NCBI GenBank assembly: GCA_963695195.1
Contig: CAVOGE010000007.1
Location: forward strand, 767,756-831,755
Length of the DNA stretch: 64,000 nucleotides
Reading direction: 5' to 3'
From: an uncultured Chloroflexia bacterium
Lineage (GTDB): Bacteria > Chloroflexota > Limnocylindria > QHBO01
Positions 44,754-54,487 of this stretch are shown piece by piece (position 1 is the first letter of the stretch; each line of letters starts with the position of its first letter). Made by a program: the position numbers and the translations under genes. The notes under the pieces were generated by a model. It was given only the letters and a program-made list of their open reading frames with translations. It made no database searches and had not been told where the DNA came from.

Positions 44754-47142
44754 CTACCTGGTGGGACGCTCCCGGTCGGACATCTCGAGGATGTCGAGCA
44801 TGGGCAGATCGCGCTGGTATTCGCTGAACTCGAACTCCGGTCCGCAGCGCAGGGCGTCGTACGGGCAGGCATCGGCGCAGATGCCACAGAAGATGCAGCG
44901 GCTCATGTCGAGCTGGTAGGTCTCGAGGGTGCGCGGCCGCGGCATCAGGGCGCCGACCGGGCAGGTCTCCGCGCAGCGGCCGCACGACACGCACGGCGTC
45001 TCGTTGAGGGAGACGAAGTCCGCGGTGGTGACGAGTGAGTCGAAGCCCTTGCCGATGAAGTCGTAGCAGCCCGCACCCACGACCTCCTTGCAGACCTGCG
45101 CGCAGCGACCGCAGTCGATGCAGCGGGAGTAGTCGCGCAGGATGAAGGAGTGGGTCTCGTCGCGGCCGTAGCCGTGGTTGACGCCGACGTACGGGTTGTC
45201 CTGGATCGAGCGCTCGTCGATCGCCATGTTGAGCGTCGTCTCGTACTCGATCGCCGCCTCGCGCAGGTCGCAATGGCCGATCGCCTCGCAGGTGCACTGC
45301 AGGCAGCGCCCCGCCTCGGCCATCGCCTGGTCGCCGGTGTAGCCGTGCTCGTACTCGCCGAAGCCACCCTTGCGCTCGTCGGCGCCGAGCTTGCCCATCA
45401 CCGCGCGCGGCTCCTTCACGTCGTCGGTGAACGGCACGATCGTCAGGAAGGAGGGCTGCGGCTCGGACACGATGCGGCGCACCTGCGGGTCGTCGAGGTC
45501 GTGGCCGCGCAGCCAGTAGTCGATCGCGTAGCTGGCGCGCCTCCCCTCGCCGATCGCCTCGACCACGGTCTGGGCGCCGTTGCGCACGTCGCCGGAAGCG
45601 AAGACACGCGGGACGCCGGTGCGGAAGATGTCGTCCTCGGCGACCAGGGTGCCGCGCCGGCTCACCTCCAGCTGCGAGCGGATCTCGTCCGGCTCGCTGT
45701 CGACCCAGGAGAGCTCAGGGCCCTGGCCGATGGCGCCGAGCACGGTGTCGCACGCCACGACGAACTCGGTGCCGGGCATCGGCTCCGGGCGGCGGCGACC
45801 CTTCTCGTCGGGCGCGCCGAGGCGCATCCGCTGGAACTCGACACCGGTCACCTTGTTGGCCGCATCGGTCACGACGCGGACCGGCGCCGCCTGGAAGATG
45901 ACCCGCGCCCCCTCCTCGATCGCCTCGTGCACCTCGTCGGCGGCAGGCATGTCCTTGAGGTCGCGCCGGTAGACGAGCGTCACCTCCGCGGCGGACTGGC
46001 GGATGCTGGTGCGCGTGCAGTCGATGGCGGTGAATCCTCCGCCGATCACGACCACCCGCGCCCCCTTCAACGCCGGGATCGGCACGCCGCGAGAGCTGTT
46101 GTAGAGGTTCTCGAGGGCATTGACCACGCCGTCGGCGTCCTCGCCGGGGATCCCCATCTCGTTGGATTTGTAGCAACCGATGCCGACGTAGACCGCGTCA
46201 TAGCCCTGCTCCAGGAGGTCGGCCACGTGGAAGTCCTTGCCGAGCCGCATGTTCGGGACGGAAGGTGGCGCCCAGCTCCCAGACGTGGTTCAGCTCGCGA
46301 TCCATCCAGGCCTTCGGCAGGCGGTACTCCGGGATCCCGTAGCGGAGCATGCCGCCCTGCTCCGGATCGGCCTCGTACACGTCGCAGTGATGACCGCGCA
46401 ACTGGAGGTAGTAGGCGGCGGACATCCCTGCCGGACCTGACCCGATGACGGCCACGCGCCGGCCGGAATCGGTCTCCTTCGGCCACGGCGTCGGTGCGGG
46501 GGCGTCCACCTCCAGCACCCGGTCGGCGCAGTAGCGGTGGCTGTCGCGGATGGCGATGGCGGTGTCCACCTCCTCGCGACGGCAGTGCGTCTCGCACGGG
46601 GCGGGGCAGACGCGACCCAGGATCGCCGGGAAGGGGAGCGAGCGCTTGAGGATGCGCGTCGCCTCCTCCCAGTTGCCGAGCGTGTTCTGCTTGAGATAGC
46701 CGGGGATGTCGACCCGGGTCGGGCACTTGAACTGGCACGGCGGCAGGCAGTACGCGTCGTGGTCGGAGAAGATCAACTCCAGGACCATCCGCCGGTTCTC
46801 GACCAAGCGCTCGGAGTGGGTGGTGATGACCATCCCCGGCTCGACGAAGGTGCCGCAGGAGATTGGCGTGCTCTCCTGGCCCTCGACCTCGACGACACAG
46901 ATTCGGCAGGCGCCGAAGGCGGCCAGTTTCGGCTCGTAGCAGAGGGTCGGGACGTCGATGCCCAGGACACGGCAGGCCTGCAGGATGGTCTGGCCTTCCT
47001 CGGCCTCGACCTGCTCGCCGTTGATGGTGACGCTCACCTTGGCCGAGCCGGGCACCATTGGCCAGAGGGGAGCGTAGTCCTCCGCGCGGAGGGCCACGCC
47101 CTTCCCGTTCCCCTTCCCGTTGCCGTTGGTGACGAAGCTCAT
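44754..47142 (-). pseudogene. Frameshifted mosaic FeS-flavoprotein gene: NuoG-type 2Fe-2S domain + GltD/NfnB-like FAD-NAD(P)H oxidoreductase + NuoG-type 4Fe-4S domain + NuoI (TYKY) C-terminal half. Six-frame ORFs 46198..47142 and 44754..46250.
   Basis: N-terminus VSVTINGEQVEAEEGQTILQACRVLGIDVPTLCYEPKLAAFGACRIC is a NuoG-like 2Fe-2S. GltD cluster motifs CLPPCQFKCPTRVDIPGYL and ILGRVCPAPCETHC, then VAVIGSGPAGMSAAYYL. After a +1 shift near 46250 come RVVVIGGGFTAIDC and ASGD. Then HSFILRDY...CIDCGRCAQVC...CVSCGRCAETCPVGAL (NuoG-type 4Fe-4S). Then SRCIFCGICADACPYDALRCGPEFEFSEYQRDL (NuoI C-terminal block). Confidence 0.6.
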
Positions 47143-47158
47143 GGCCGGTGCATCCTAC

Positions 47159-48523
47159 CTATGAGGCCGCCGGCCCGACGCCGGAGAGCGGCGCGAGGAG
47201 CGGTGCGACGTCGATGCCGCGGCACGAGCCGGCCGGGCACTCGCCGCGCTCGGCGTGGGCGCGGTACTCGTCCTCGAAGCGGTCGAGCGTGGTGAGCATC
47301 GGTCCGGGCGCACGCGATTCGAGGTGGCAGAGCGCGGTATCGGTCATCTTGCGCGACAGGTCGCGGAGCAGCAGCAGATCGTTCGGCCGGGGAGTCGCGG
47401 CAAGGATCCGGTCCAGCGTCTCGACCAGGCGCCTGGTGCCGATCCGGCACGGAACCGCCTTGCCGCAGGCCTCACGCGCCGAGTAGTCGAGGAAGAAGCG
47501 CGCGGTATCGACCATGCAGGTGTCGCTGTCGGTCACGAGGACCTGGCCGAGACCGATGCCCGCTCCCGCCTTTCGGAGTGGTTCGAAGTCATAGGGCGTG
47601 TCCAGCTCGCCGGCGCTGAGTGCGCCGCCGCCCGGCCCGCCGACGAAGACCGCCTTGGTCGTCCCGGAGCCGCCACCGGCGATCTTCAGCAGCGCGGAGA
47701 GCGGTGAACCGAGCGGCACCTCGGCCAGCCCGGGGTTGGCCACGCGGCCGTAGATGCTGACCAGTTTGGTGCCGGGGCTTGCCGCCGACCCGACAGCGCG
47801 GAACTCGTCGTTGCCGTGCCGCAGGATCCAGGCGGCGTGTGCCAGGGTCTCGGCGTTCTGGACGGTGGTCGGTGCGCCGCCGAGCCCGCGCTCGGTCGGG
47901 TACGGCGGCCGGATGACCGGCATGCCCCGATCACCCGCGAGCGCTGCCAGGAGTGCCGTCTCCTCGCCAGCGACCAGGGCAGCCGCACCCTCCCAGACGC
48001 TCACCGTGCAGGAGAAGTCGGTGCCCAGTACCAGGTAGCCGGCAAGGCGCGCCGCATCCGCCTCGGCCACGGCCGCGCGCAGTCGCTCGGTGGCCAGCGT
48101 CCAGTCGCGGCGCACTGCGATGATCGCCTCGGACGCGCCGGTCGCAAATGCGGCGATCATCAGCCCCTCGAGGACCAGGTGCGGGTTGCCCTCGGCCAGC
48201 GCGCGATCCCCGAGTGCCGTCGGGTCGGCGCCGATCAGGTTGGCGACCACCACCTTTCGGCCGCCGGCTGCGTCGCGCGCGGCTCGCCACTTCGCCGCCG
48301 TCGGGTACCCGCCGCCGCCGCGCCCGCGAAGCCCCGCCGCCTCGATCTGCGCCAGGGTCATCTCCGGGCCGAGCGTCTCGACTGCTCGCGTCAGTCCCTC
48401 GTAGGCGTGTTGCTTTCTCGCCCCGTCCAGGGTGACGCGGGACCCGTCGCCGACGCCCTTCAGCAGCCGGTGCTCGCCGCCAGGGAGGATGCGGATCTGT
48501 CCTGAGAGCGCCTGTCCGGTCAC
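47159..48523 (-). CDS. nuoF: NADH dehydrogenase flavoprotein subunit NuoF-like
   Basis: GLRGRGGGGYPTAAKW is the FMN/NADH site. The C-terminal 4Fe-4S Cys cluster ACGKAVPCRIG...LCHLESRAPGP is present. Confidence 0.85.
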   Translation of the reverse strand: MTGQALSGQIRILPGGEHRLLKGVGDGSRVTLDGARKQHAYEGLTRAVETLGPEMTLAQIEAAGLRGRGGGGYPTAAKWRAARDAAGGRKVVVANLIGADPTALGDRALAEGNPHLVLEGLMIAAFATGASEAIIAVRRDWTLATERLRAAVAEADAARLAGYLVLGTDFSCTVSVWEGAAALVAGEETALLAALAGDRGMPVIRPPYPTERGLGGAPTTVQNAETLAHAAWILRHGNDEFRAVGSAASPGTKLVSIYGRVANPGLAEVPLGSPLSALLKIAGGGSGTTKAVFVGGPGGGALSAGELDTPYDFEPLRKAGAGIGLGQVLVTDSDTCMVDTARFFLDYSAREACGKAVPCRIGTRRLVETLDRILAATPRPNDLLLLRDLSRKMTDTALCHLESRAPGPMLTTLDRFEDEYRAHAERGECPAGSCRGIDVAPLLAPLSGVGPAAS

Positions 48524-49353
48524 GCCGGGCGCCCCGCTGTGGTCGCCGCCCGACGTCGCTCGCCGACCAGGTGGCGCGCCTGATCCGCGGTGAGCGGGCC
48601 GTAGACCAGCGTGTCGATCCGAATCGCCGGCGCGAGCGTCCCCGCGGCGACCGAATCGCTCGTCTCCAGGCTGAAGGCGCCGTCGTCGGTCGATTCGCCG
48701 GGGGCGATCCCCAACTCCTCGGAGAGTGCCGCGAGCAGCGCCTCGCCGCCGGCGAAACGACAGGCAGTGCAGTTGCAGACGGTGATCACGTGCCCTTCGC
48801 CGGGGAGCAGCCGGAAGCCGCCCAGCCCGGCGGCGCCGAAGACCTGCGCCCAGTGGATCGACATGCTGTCACTCACCTGGCGCAGGGCACGCTCAGGGAG
48901 ATAGCCGTAGCGCTCCTGGACCGCGGAAAAGATCGCCACGAGCGACTCGGGGCGCCCGCCGAAGCCGTCGATGACGCCACGCATCCAGCCGGCGTCGATC
49001 TCCTCGTCCCAGCGCGCCACGTTGCGCATCGGGGCCGCGGCCAGGCCCGCGCGCCGGTAGGCGTTGGGATCCTTGCGCTCGTCGTAGATCTCCGGCATGC
49101 CGTAGCGGATCCGGTTCCCCTCCGAGTCGAAGCCGCTCATGTCGATCGCCTCGACCGGGCAGACCTGGGCGCACTGGAAGCAGACCTCGCACTTGTGCTC
49201 GCCGAACGGATCGTAGATCAGGTCGAGGCGGCCACGCCATCGGTCGGGCATGGTCGGGCGCTCTTCGGGGTACTGGCTGGTGACCTTGGGCGCCCAGTAG
49301 TTGCGCATGGTCACGCGCATCCCCTTCAGGATGCCGGCTCCCGGGATCCGCAT
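48520..49353 (-). CDS. Fusion protein: NuoI (TYKY) N-terminal half with one 4Fe-4S motif, joined to a NuoE-like 2Fe-2S thioredoxin-fold domain
   Basis: N-terminus KVTSQYPEERPTMPDRWRGRLDLIYDPFGEHKCEVCFQCAQVCPVEAI matches the first half of TYKY, and the second CxxCxxCxxxCP is absent. C-terminus VAIFSAVQERYGYLPERALRQVS...ITVCNCTACRFAGGEAL...LETSDSVAAGTLAPA matches NuoE. Confidence 0.75.
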   Translation of the reverse strand: MRIPGAGILKGMRVTMRNYWAPKVTSQYPEERPTMPDRWRGRLDLIYDPFGEHKCEVCFQCAQVCPVEAIDMSGFDSEGNRIRYGMPEIYDERKDPNAYRRAGLAAAPMRNVARWDEEIDAGWMRGVIDGFGGRPESLVAIFSAVQERYGYLPERALRQVSDSMSIHWAQVFGAAGLGGFRLLPGEGHVITVCNCTACRFAGGEALLAALSEELGIAPGESTDDGAFSLETSDSVAAGTLAPAIRIDTLVYGPLTADQARHLVGERRRAATTAGRPA

Positions 49354-49368
49354 CGGTCTGCCGCCCTC

Positions 49369-50379
49369 CTACAGGTTCAGCCAGACGACCACGCCGGCCG
49401 TCACGATCAGGTTGAGCATTGCCAGTGGCAAGAGCACCTTCCAGGCCATCCCCATCAGCTGGTCGACGCGAACGCGCGGGAGGGTGGCGCGCAGCCAGAC
49501 CGCCACGAACACGAAGAGGTAGCTCTTCAGGAAGAACCAGAAGATGCCGTACAGGGTGCCGCCGAATCCTTCGAACTGAGCGGGGAATGGCCAGGGGGCC
49601 AGCCAGCCGCCGAAGAAGAGGGCGACCATGATCCCGCTCATGATGAAGAGCGCCACATATTCGGCGAAGAAGAAGAAGCCGAAGCGCATCCCGGAGTATT
49701 CCGTGAAGGGTCCGGCGACCAGCTCGCTGTCGGCCTCGATCATGTCAAACGGGGTGCGGTTGATCTCGGCGAGCGACGCGATGTAGAAGATCCCCCAGCC
49801 GACCGGCTGCCAGAGGAGCATCCAGCCGTGGGCGAGCTGCCATTCGATCACTTCGCGGAAGTTGAGCGTGCCACCCAGGACCACCACGCCCACCACCGAG
49901 AGGGTCAGCGGGATCTCGTAGCTGACCATCTGGGCCGCACTTCGCAGGCCACCCAGCAGCGAGTACTTGTTGTAGCTGGCCCAACCAGCAATCAGCATGC
50001 CCACGACCGAGAGGCCGATGATGGCGAAGAAGTAGACGATCCCGATGCTGAAGTCGGCCGCGATGGCTCCCGGCGCCCACGGGATGACGAGCATGCTCAT
50101 GGCCGCCGCCATGTAGACCATCCACGGTGCCATGGTGAAGGTCGTCCGATCCGCCTGGTCGGGCATGTGGTCTTCCTTGGCAAGGAACTTGAAGCCGTGG
50201 ATCGTGCTCTGGAACATGCCCCACGGCCCGATCCGGTTCGGGCCGTAGCGCAGCTGCATCTGGGCGATCACCTTGAGCTCCATCTGGATCACCACGAAGG
50301 CGGTCGGCACGGTAAGCAGCAGCAACAGGGTCGTGGCCAGCAGGAAGCGGCCGACACCCAGCAGCAGGTCCAGATCCAT
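49369..50379 (-). CDS. nuoH: NADH-quinone oxidoreductase subunit H
   Basis: 336 aa with 8 TMs. Conserved blocks QMQLRYGPNRIGPWG and EYSGMRFGFFFFAEY. Confidence 0.92.
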   Translation of the reverse strand: MDLDLLLGVGRFLLATTLLLLLTVPTAFVVIQMELKVIAQMQLRYGPNRIGPWGMFQSTIHGFKFLAKEDHMPDQADRTTFTMAPWMVYMAAAMSMLVIPWAPGAIAADFSIGIVYFFAIIGLSVVGMLIAGWASYNKYSLLGGLRSAAQMVSYEIPLTLSVVGVVVLGGTLNFREVIEWQLAHGWMLLWQPVGWGIFYIASLAEINRTPFDMIEADSELVAGPFTEYSGMRFGFFFFAEYVALFIMSGIMVALFFGGWLAPWPFPAQFEGFGGTLYGIFWFFLKSYLFVFVAVWLRATLPRVRVDQLMGMAWKVLLPLAMLNLIVTAGVVVWLNL

Positions 50380-51654
50380 CTACTTGTCCACCCCGCCCAT
50401 CACCGGATCGAAGCTGGCCATCACCGCCATCGTGTCGGCGATCAGGCGGCCCGGCATCAGCTTGGGGATCGCCTGCAGGCTGATGAAACTGGGGTCGCGC
50501 ATGCGGAACCGATACGGGTTCGGTCCGCCGTCGCTGATGGCGTAGACGCTGTACAGGCCGCGCGGCGATTCGACCGCAGCGTAGGCGCGTCCGGGCTTGG
50601 GGCGAATGATGCCGGGCACCTGCGCCTGGACCGGGCCGTGGGGCATCTTGTCCACGATCTGATCGATCAGGTGGATGCTCTGCTTGAGCTCCGCGACGCG
50701 CTGGAGGTAACGCGAGTAGACGTCGCCTCCCGACTGCGTGATCACGTCGAACTCGAGCTCGGGGTAGATCGAGTACGGATGTGCCTTGCGGACGTCGAAC
50801 GGCACGCCTGAGGCGCGCAGGCTTGGCCCCGTGACGCCCAGGGCGATCGCCTCGGCGCCTGACAGGACGCCCATCCCGATGGTGCGACCGCGGAAGATCT
50901 CGTTGTCGGTCATGATCCGCTCGTTCATCTCAATCGTTTTCAGGACACCGGCCCGCCAGGTTCCAAGGCGCGAGAAGAACTCGTCGTTGGCGTCGAAGTT
51001 CACGCCGCCGACGCGGAAGAAGTTGAACAGCATCCGCTGGCCGCTGATGGCCGACAGCAGGTCGACCACCTCGTCGCGATTGATGAACCCGTACAGGATC
51101 GGGGTCAGGCCGCCCATGTCGAGCGCCTGGAAGCCCATCATCAGCCCATGGCTGAAGACGCGGTTCAGCTCCACGACCAACGCGCGGATGTACTCGGCGC
51201 GCCTGGGCGCCTTGATGCCGTAGAGCTTCTCGAAGGCGATCGCCGGCGCGTGCTCGTTGTGCATCGCCGACAGGTAGTCCATCGGGTCGACGTAGGTCAT
51301 CACCGTTGTGTACGTGGCGTTCTCGCACAGCTTCTCGATGCCACGGTGCAGGTACCCCAGCACCGGGTCGATATCGACCACCACCTCGCCCCGGACCTTG
51401 ACCACCAGGCGCATGACGCCGTGGGTGGAGGGGTGCTGGGGACCCATGTTGACGAGCATCTCGCCGTCGCCAAGGGTGTAGACCTCGCGCTCGCGCTCGG
51501 TCTGCGGCGGCCGCTCCGGCAGGCCGACCGACTCGAACCCGGCGTATTCCCCTCCGCTCGCGGGTGGCCGCGCGAGGCCCGCTGCGGCCCGCAGGCGCGT
51601 CTCCTCGGCGCGCTCGAGGTCGAGAGGATCGGGGATGCGCACCTCGGAGGTCAC
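50380..51654 (-). CDS. nuoD: NADH-quinone oxidoreductase subunit D
   Basis: GTG start overlaps the nuoC stop (GTGA). MGPQHPSTHGVMRLVV and the C-terminal RMRDPSF region are present. Confidence 0.92.
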   Translation of the reverse strand: MTSEVRIPDPLDLERAEETRLRAAAGLARPPASGGEYAGFESVGLPERPPQTEREREVYTLGDGEMLVNMGPQHPSTHGVMRLVVKVRGEVVVDIDPVLGYLHRGIEKLCENATYTTVMTYVDPMDYLSAMHNEHAPAIAFEKLYGIKAPRRAEYIRALVVELNRVFSHGLMMGFQALDMGGLTPILYGFINRDEVVDLLSAISGQRMLFNFFRVGGVNFDANDEFFSRLGTWRAGVLKTIEMNERIMTDNEIFRGRTIGMGVLSGAEAIALGVTGPSLRASGVPFDVRKAHPYSIYPELEFDVITQSGGDVYSRYLQRVAELKQSIHLIDQIVDKMPHGPVQAQVPGIIRPKPGRAYAAVESPRGLYSVYAISDGGPNPYRFRMRDPSFISLQAIPKLMPGRLIADTMAVMASFDPVMGGVDK

Positions 51655-52214
51655 GATTCCGCCTCGGACGAGGTCGCGGCCTCCACGAAGTTGGACAGAT
51701 CCCAGGTCTCGGGACGCTCCAGCGGGACGACGCCGGCGGCGGACGAGTCGGCCGCGTCGTCGGGCAGCAGGAAGTCCTTGCGCTGCGGGAAGCTGCGGTA
51801 GTCGGGCGACATGTAGATCCGCCGCAGGTCGCGGCTGCCGTCGAAGACGATGCCCATCATGTCGTACATCTCGCGCTCGTGAAAGCCGGCCCCCTCCCAC
51901 AGGCCGGTGATGGTGGGGAGGTGCGGCTCTGTGCGATCGACGCGCGCCCGCACGCGGAGCCACGACGGATGCAGATCGGAATACAGGTGATAGACCACCT
52001 CGAAGTGCTCGGTCGGCCCGTAGTCCACTGCCGCCGCATCGGCGAGCATGGAGAAGTTGAGCTCCGGGTCGTCGCGGAGCCGCTCGAGCACCTCCACGTT
52101 GCGCGCTCCGTCGATGCGCACCTCGACCGTGTCCTCATCGGTCCAGACGGTCGGGGCGAGGTCTGCGAATCGGTCGAGGAGCAGGCGCACCAGCGCGCCG
52201 GCCGGCGCGCTCAG
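51651..52214 (-). CDS. nuoC: NADH-quinone oxidoreductase subunit C (start uncertain)
   Basis: [22 protein letters not shown] and [24 protein letters not shown] blocks. CTG 52212-52214 lies 6 nt after GGAAGGAGA. An alternative GTG 52188-52190 has no SD. Confidence 0.8.
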   Translation of the reverse strand: MSAPAGALVRLLLDRFADLAPTVWTDEDTVEVRIDGARNVEVLERLRDDPELNFSMLADAAAVDYGPTEHFEVVYHLYSDLHPSWLRVRARVDRTEPHLPTITGLWEGAGFHEREMYDMMGIVFDGSRDLRRIYMSPDYRSFPQRKDFLLPDDAADSSAAGVVPLERPETWDLSNFVEAATSSEAES

Positions 52215-52825
52215 GTCACGTCTCCTTCCCAGTTGCTTCGCTGCGGGCCGCGGTCGACATACGTCGGCCACTCGCCGCGTCGCTGCAGGACCAGCTCGCG
52301 GAGCCGCAGCATCCCATAGATCAGCCCCTCCGGGCGTGGCGGGCAGCCGGGCACGTACACGTCGACCGGCATCAGCCGATCGACGCCCTGCACCACGCTG
52401 TAGCTGCGCTTGAAGCGGCCGCCCGAGGTCGTGCAGGTGCCCATCGCCACGCACCACTTGGGCTCGGGCATCTGCTCCCAGAGACGTACCAGCGGGCCCG
52501 CCATCTTGGTGGTCAGCGTGCCAGCCACGATCAGCACATCCGCCTGGCGGGGGCTGGCGCGCATCGGGAACATGCCGAAGCGATCGATGTCGTTCTTGCT
52601 GGTGGCGGTGCTCATCATCTCGATGGCGCAACAGGAGAGTCCCGACAGGAGCGGCCAGAGCGAGTTGGCGCGGATCAGGTCGAGCACGATGTCCGCCCGG
52701 GTGGGGATCACCTCGAGCAGGCCGTGGAAGCCGCCGCGCGGGTGCTCGGCCATCCCGAATTCGCGGAAGTCGTCGTCCCCCGCGAGGTCGGGGATGACGA
52801 TGGGGCCGTTGGTCTCTAGCGCCAT
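52211..52825 (-). CDS. nuoB: NADH-quinone oxidoreductase subunit B
   Basis: N2-cluster Cys motifs [23 protein letters not shown] and VPGCPPRPE are present. Confidence 0.92.
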   Translation of the reverse strand: MALETNGPIVIPDLAGDDDFREFGMAEHPRGGFHGLLEVIPTRADIVLDLIRANSLWPLLSGLSCCAIEMMSTATSKNDIDRFGMFPMRASPRQADVLIVAGTLTTKMAGPLVRLWEQMPEPKWCVAMGTCTTSGGRFKRSYSVVQGVDRLMPVDVYVPGCPPRPEGLIYGMLRLRELVLQRRGEWPTYVDRGPQRSNWEGDVT

Positions 52826-53175
52826 GTCAGGTCACCCTTGCGCCAGGCGTACAGCTCGCCGAAGAGGAGGATCACCAGGAAGACGCCGATCAGCACGATC
52901 CCCTGGACGGCCATCGCTCGCACGGTGATCGCCCACAGGTAGACGAACACGATCTCCACGTCGAAGGCCACAAAGAGGAGCGCGTACAGGTAGAAGGCGA
53001 GCCCGAAGCGCGACCAGGTGTCGCCGATGGTGTCGATCCCGCACTCGTACGGCAGGCCCTTCTGCGGACGACGACGTCGATGGGTGATCAGCCACGAGAA
53101 CAGGATCGTGGCGAACACGAAGACCGATGTCGCAATGCCGAACCCGATGACGTAGAGCAGTCCGGTCTGATCCAT
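52816..53175 (-). CDS. nuoA: NADH-quinone oxidoreductase subunit A
   Basis: 119 aa, 3 TMs, PYECGID motif. Confidence 0.88.
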   Translation of the reverse strand: MDQTGLLYVIGFGIATSVFVFATILFSWLITHRRRRPQKGLPYECGIDTIGDTWSRFGLAFYLYALLFVAFDVEIVFVYLWAITVRAMAVQGIVLIGVFLVILLFGELYAWRKGDLTWR

Positions 53176-53323
53176 GCCAGCTCCGTGGGTGCTCGGTGCG
53201 CAGGACCGATGCGTCCCACGCGATTGATGCTCGTCTCAGGCCGCCCTCGCAGACGCGCGAGCCGCCTCGGAAAACAGTCTAGCAGCCGATCCGGGGAGGC
53301 GGCAGACGCTGCGAGGCGAGGCG

Positions 53324-54487
53324 CTAACGGCCCAGCCACGCTGCGTCGACCAGGATGCGCAGCCCGTCGCTGACCAGGGCGTGTCCACCCAGCAGAACCG
53401 GGACCCCTGCGGCGGCCGCGGCCGCGGTGAGCGCCTTGAGCCACGGCGTGCCGATCGAGGTGGCGTCGCCGAAATCCGACGCGAAGCGCTCCTCATCCGG
53501 CGGCCAGGTGGCCGCGTCCGATGATCCGGCCAGGGCGGCCATCAGGACGCGGCTGTCCAGGATGACCGCGTCGCCGAGCGTCGTGAGCTCAGCGACCAGA
53601 TCGGCGGGTCCGAGGCGCGTTACCCAGTCGGCAAGCAGCGAGCGTGGGGCATGGTCGGGCGCCGCGCGCATCCCGCGCTCCTCGATGAAGCACCGGACAC
53701 GGCAGGCACTCTCCGTCTCGAGGTACGCCCAGGCGCTCGACGGGATCCTGCCCGCGACAACCACCTGGGCCTCGCGATCGCGGAGCACGTCGCCAAGCTC
53801 GGCGAGGTGGGGGATCTCCAGGCTGCGGCCGCCGGGTAGTGTCGCCATCTCCAGGAAGGCAGCCACCACACCTTCCGGACGCCGTGACGTGGGGAGGCGG
53901 TTCGCGAGGCGCAGCAGGGCCAGGTCGAGCGGCGTATCCACGTCAAAGCGCGACCAGGGGTTCGATGCGAGGTCCCGTGCGGTGAAGCCGGCCTCTTCGA
54001 GGCAGCGAACGGCCAGGTTGTCGCTCGGGCAGCGCTCGAGTGCCGCGATCGCCGCATCAAGGTCGCCGGCCACCAGGAAGGCGTCGGCGGAGTAGCGGTT
54101 GTTGCCCACCACCTCTCCCCGGACCGGAGTGCTCAGCGCCTCAAGCAGCGTGTCGTCGGCCAGGGCAAGCGACCCGGCGCCGGCGTAGCCCAGCGCATCC
54201 ACCGGACGTCGCTCGCGGTCAGCGGCCGCCAGCGCCGCGCGGGCGCCGGCCCCGAACCAGCGTCCCCAGTGGAACCGGTCGCCGAGCGGTGGGTCGGTCG
54301 GGGCGAGCGGGGCCACCGCGCAGCCGAGCGCACCGAACCGCCGGGACAGCTCCGCGGCCAGCAGCCGCTGTCCGGTGTGGGCCACCGCCGCGTACGACCC
54401 GAAGGGCAGGTCGCCTCCGCCCCCCGGATCGACGACCAGCATCAGCGGTGCCGGCCGCTCAGCCGGCGGCATCCGCGCCTCTGGCAC
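53324..54487 (-). CDS. Hypothetical protein (387 aa) upstream of nuoA
   Basis: ORF only. No confident motifs. Confidence 0.4.
   Translation of the reverse strand: MPEARMPPAERPAPLMLVVDPGGGGDLPFGSYAAVAHTGQRLLAAELSRRFGALGCAVAPLAPTDPPLGDRFHWGRWFGAGARAALAAADRERRPVDALGYAGAGSLALADDTLLEALSTPVRGEVVGNNRYSADAFLVAGDLDAAIAALERCPSDNLAVRCLEEAGFTARDLASNPWSRFDVDTPLDLALLRLANRLPTSRRPEGVVAAFLEMATLPGGRSLEIPHLAELGDVLRDREAQVVVAGRIPSSAWAYLETESACRVRCFIEERGMRAAPDHAPRSLLADWVTRLGPADLVAELTTLGDAVILDSRVLMAALAGSSDAATWPPDEERFASDFGDATSIGTPWLKALTAAAAAAGVPVLLGGHALVSDGLRILVDAAWLGR

Noticed and set aside
44716-45297. 193-aa minus-strand ORF that by position could be nuoI
   Set aside because: It has no Cys motifs. The NuoI-like ferredoxin sequence is in the overlapping frame of ORF 44754..46250.
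53230-53323. Hairpin GCAGCGUCUGCC...GGAUCGGCUGC followed by GUUUUCC downstream of gene 53324..54487, as a terminator before nuoA
   Set aside because: The stem is interrupted, the loop is long, and the U-tract is 9 nt away and short. Too weak to call.
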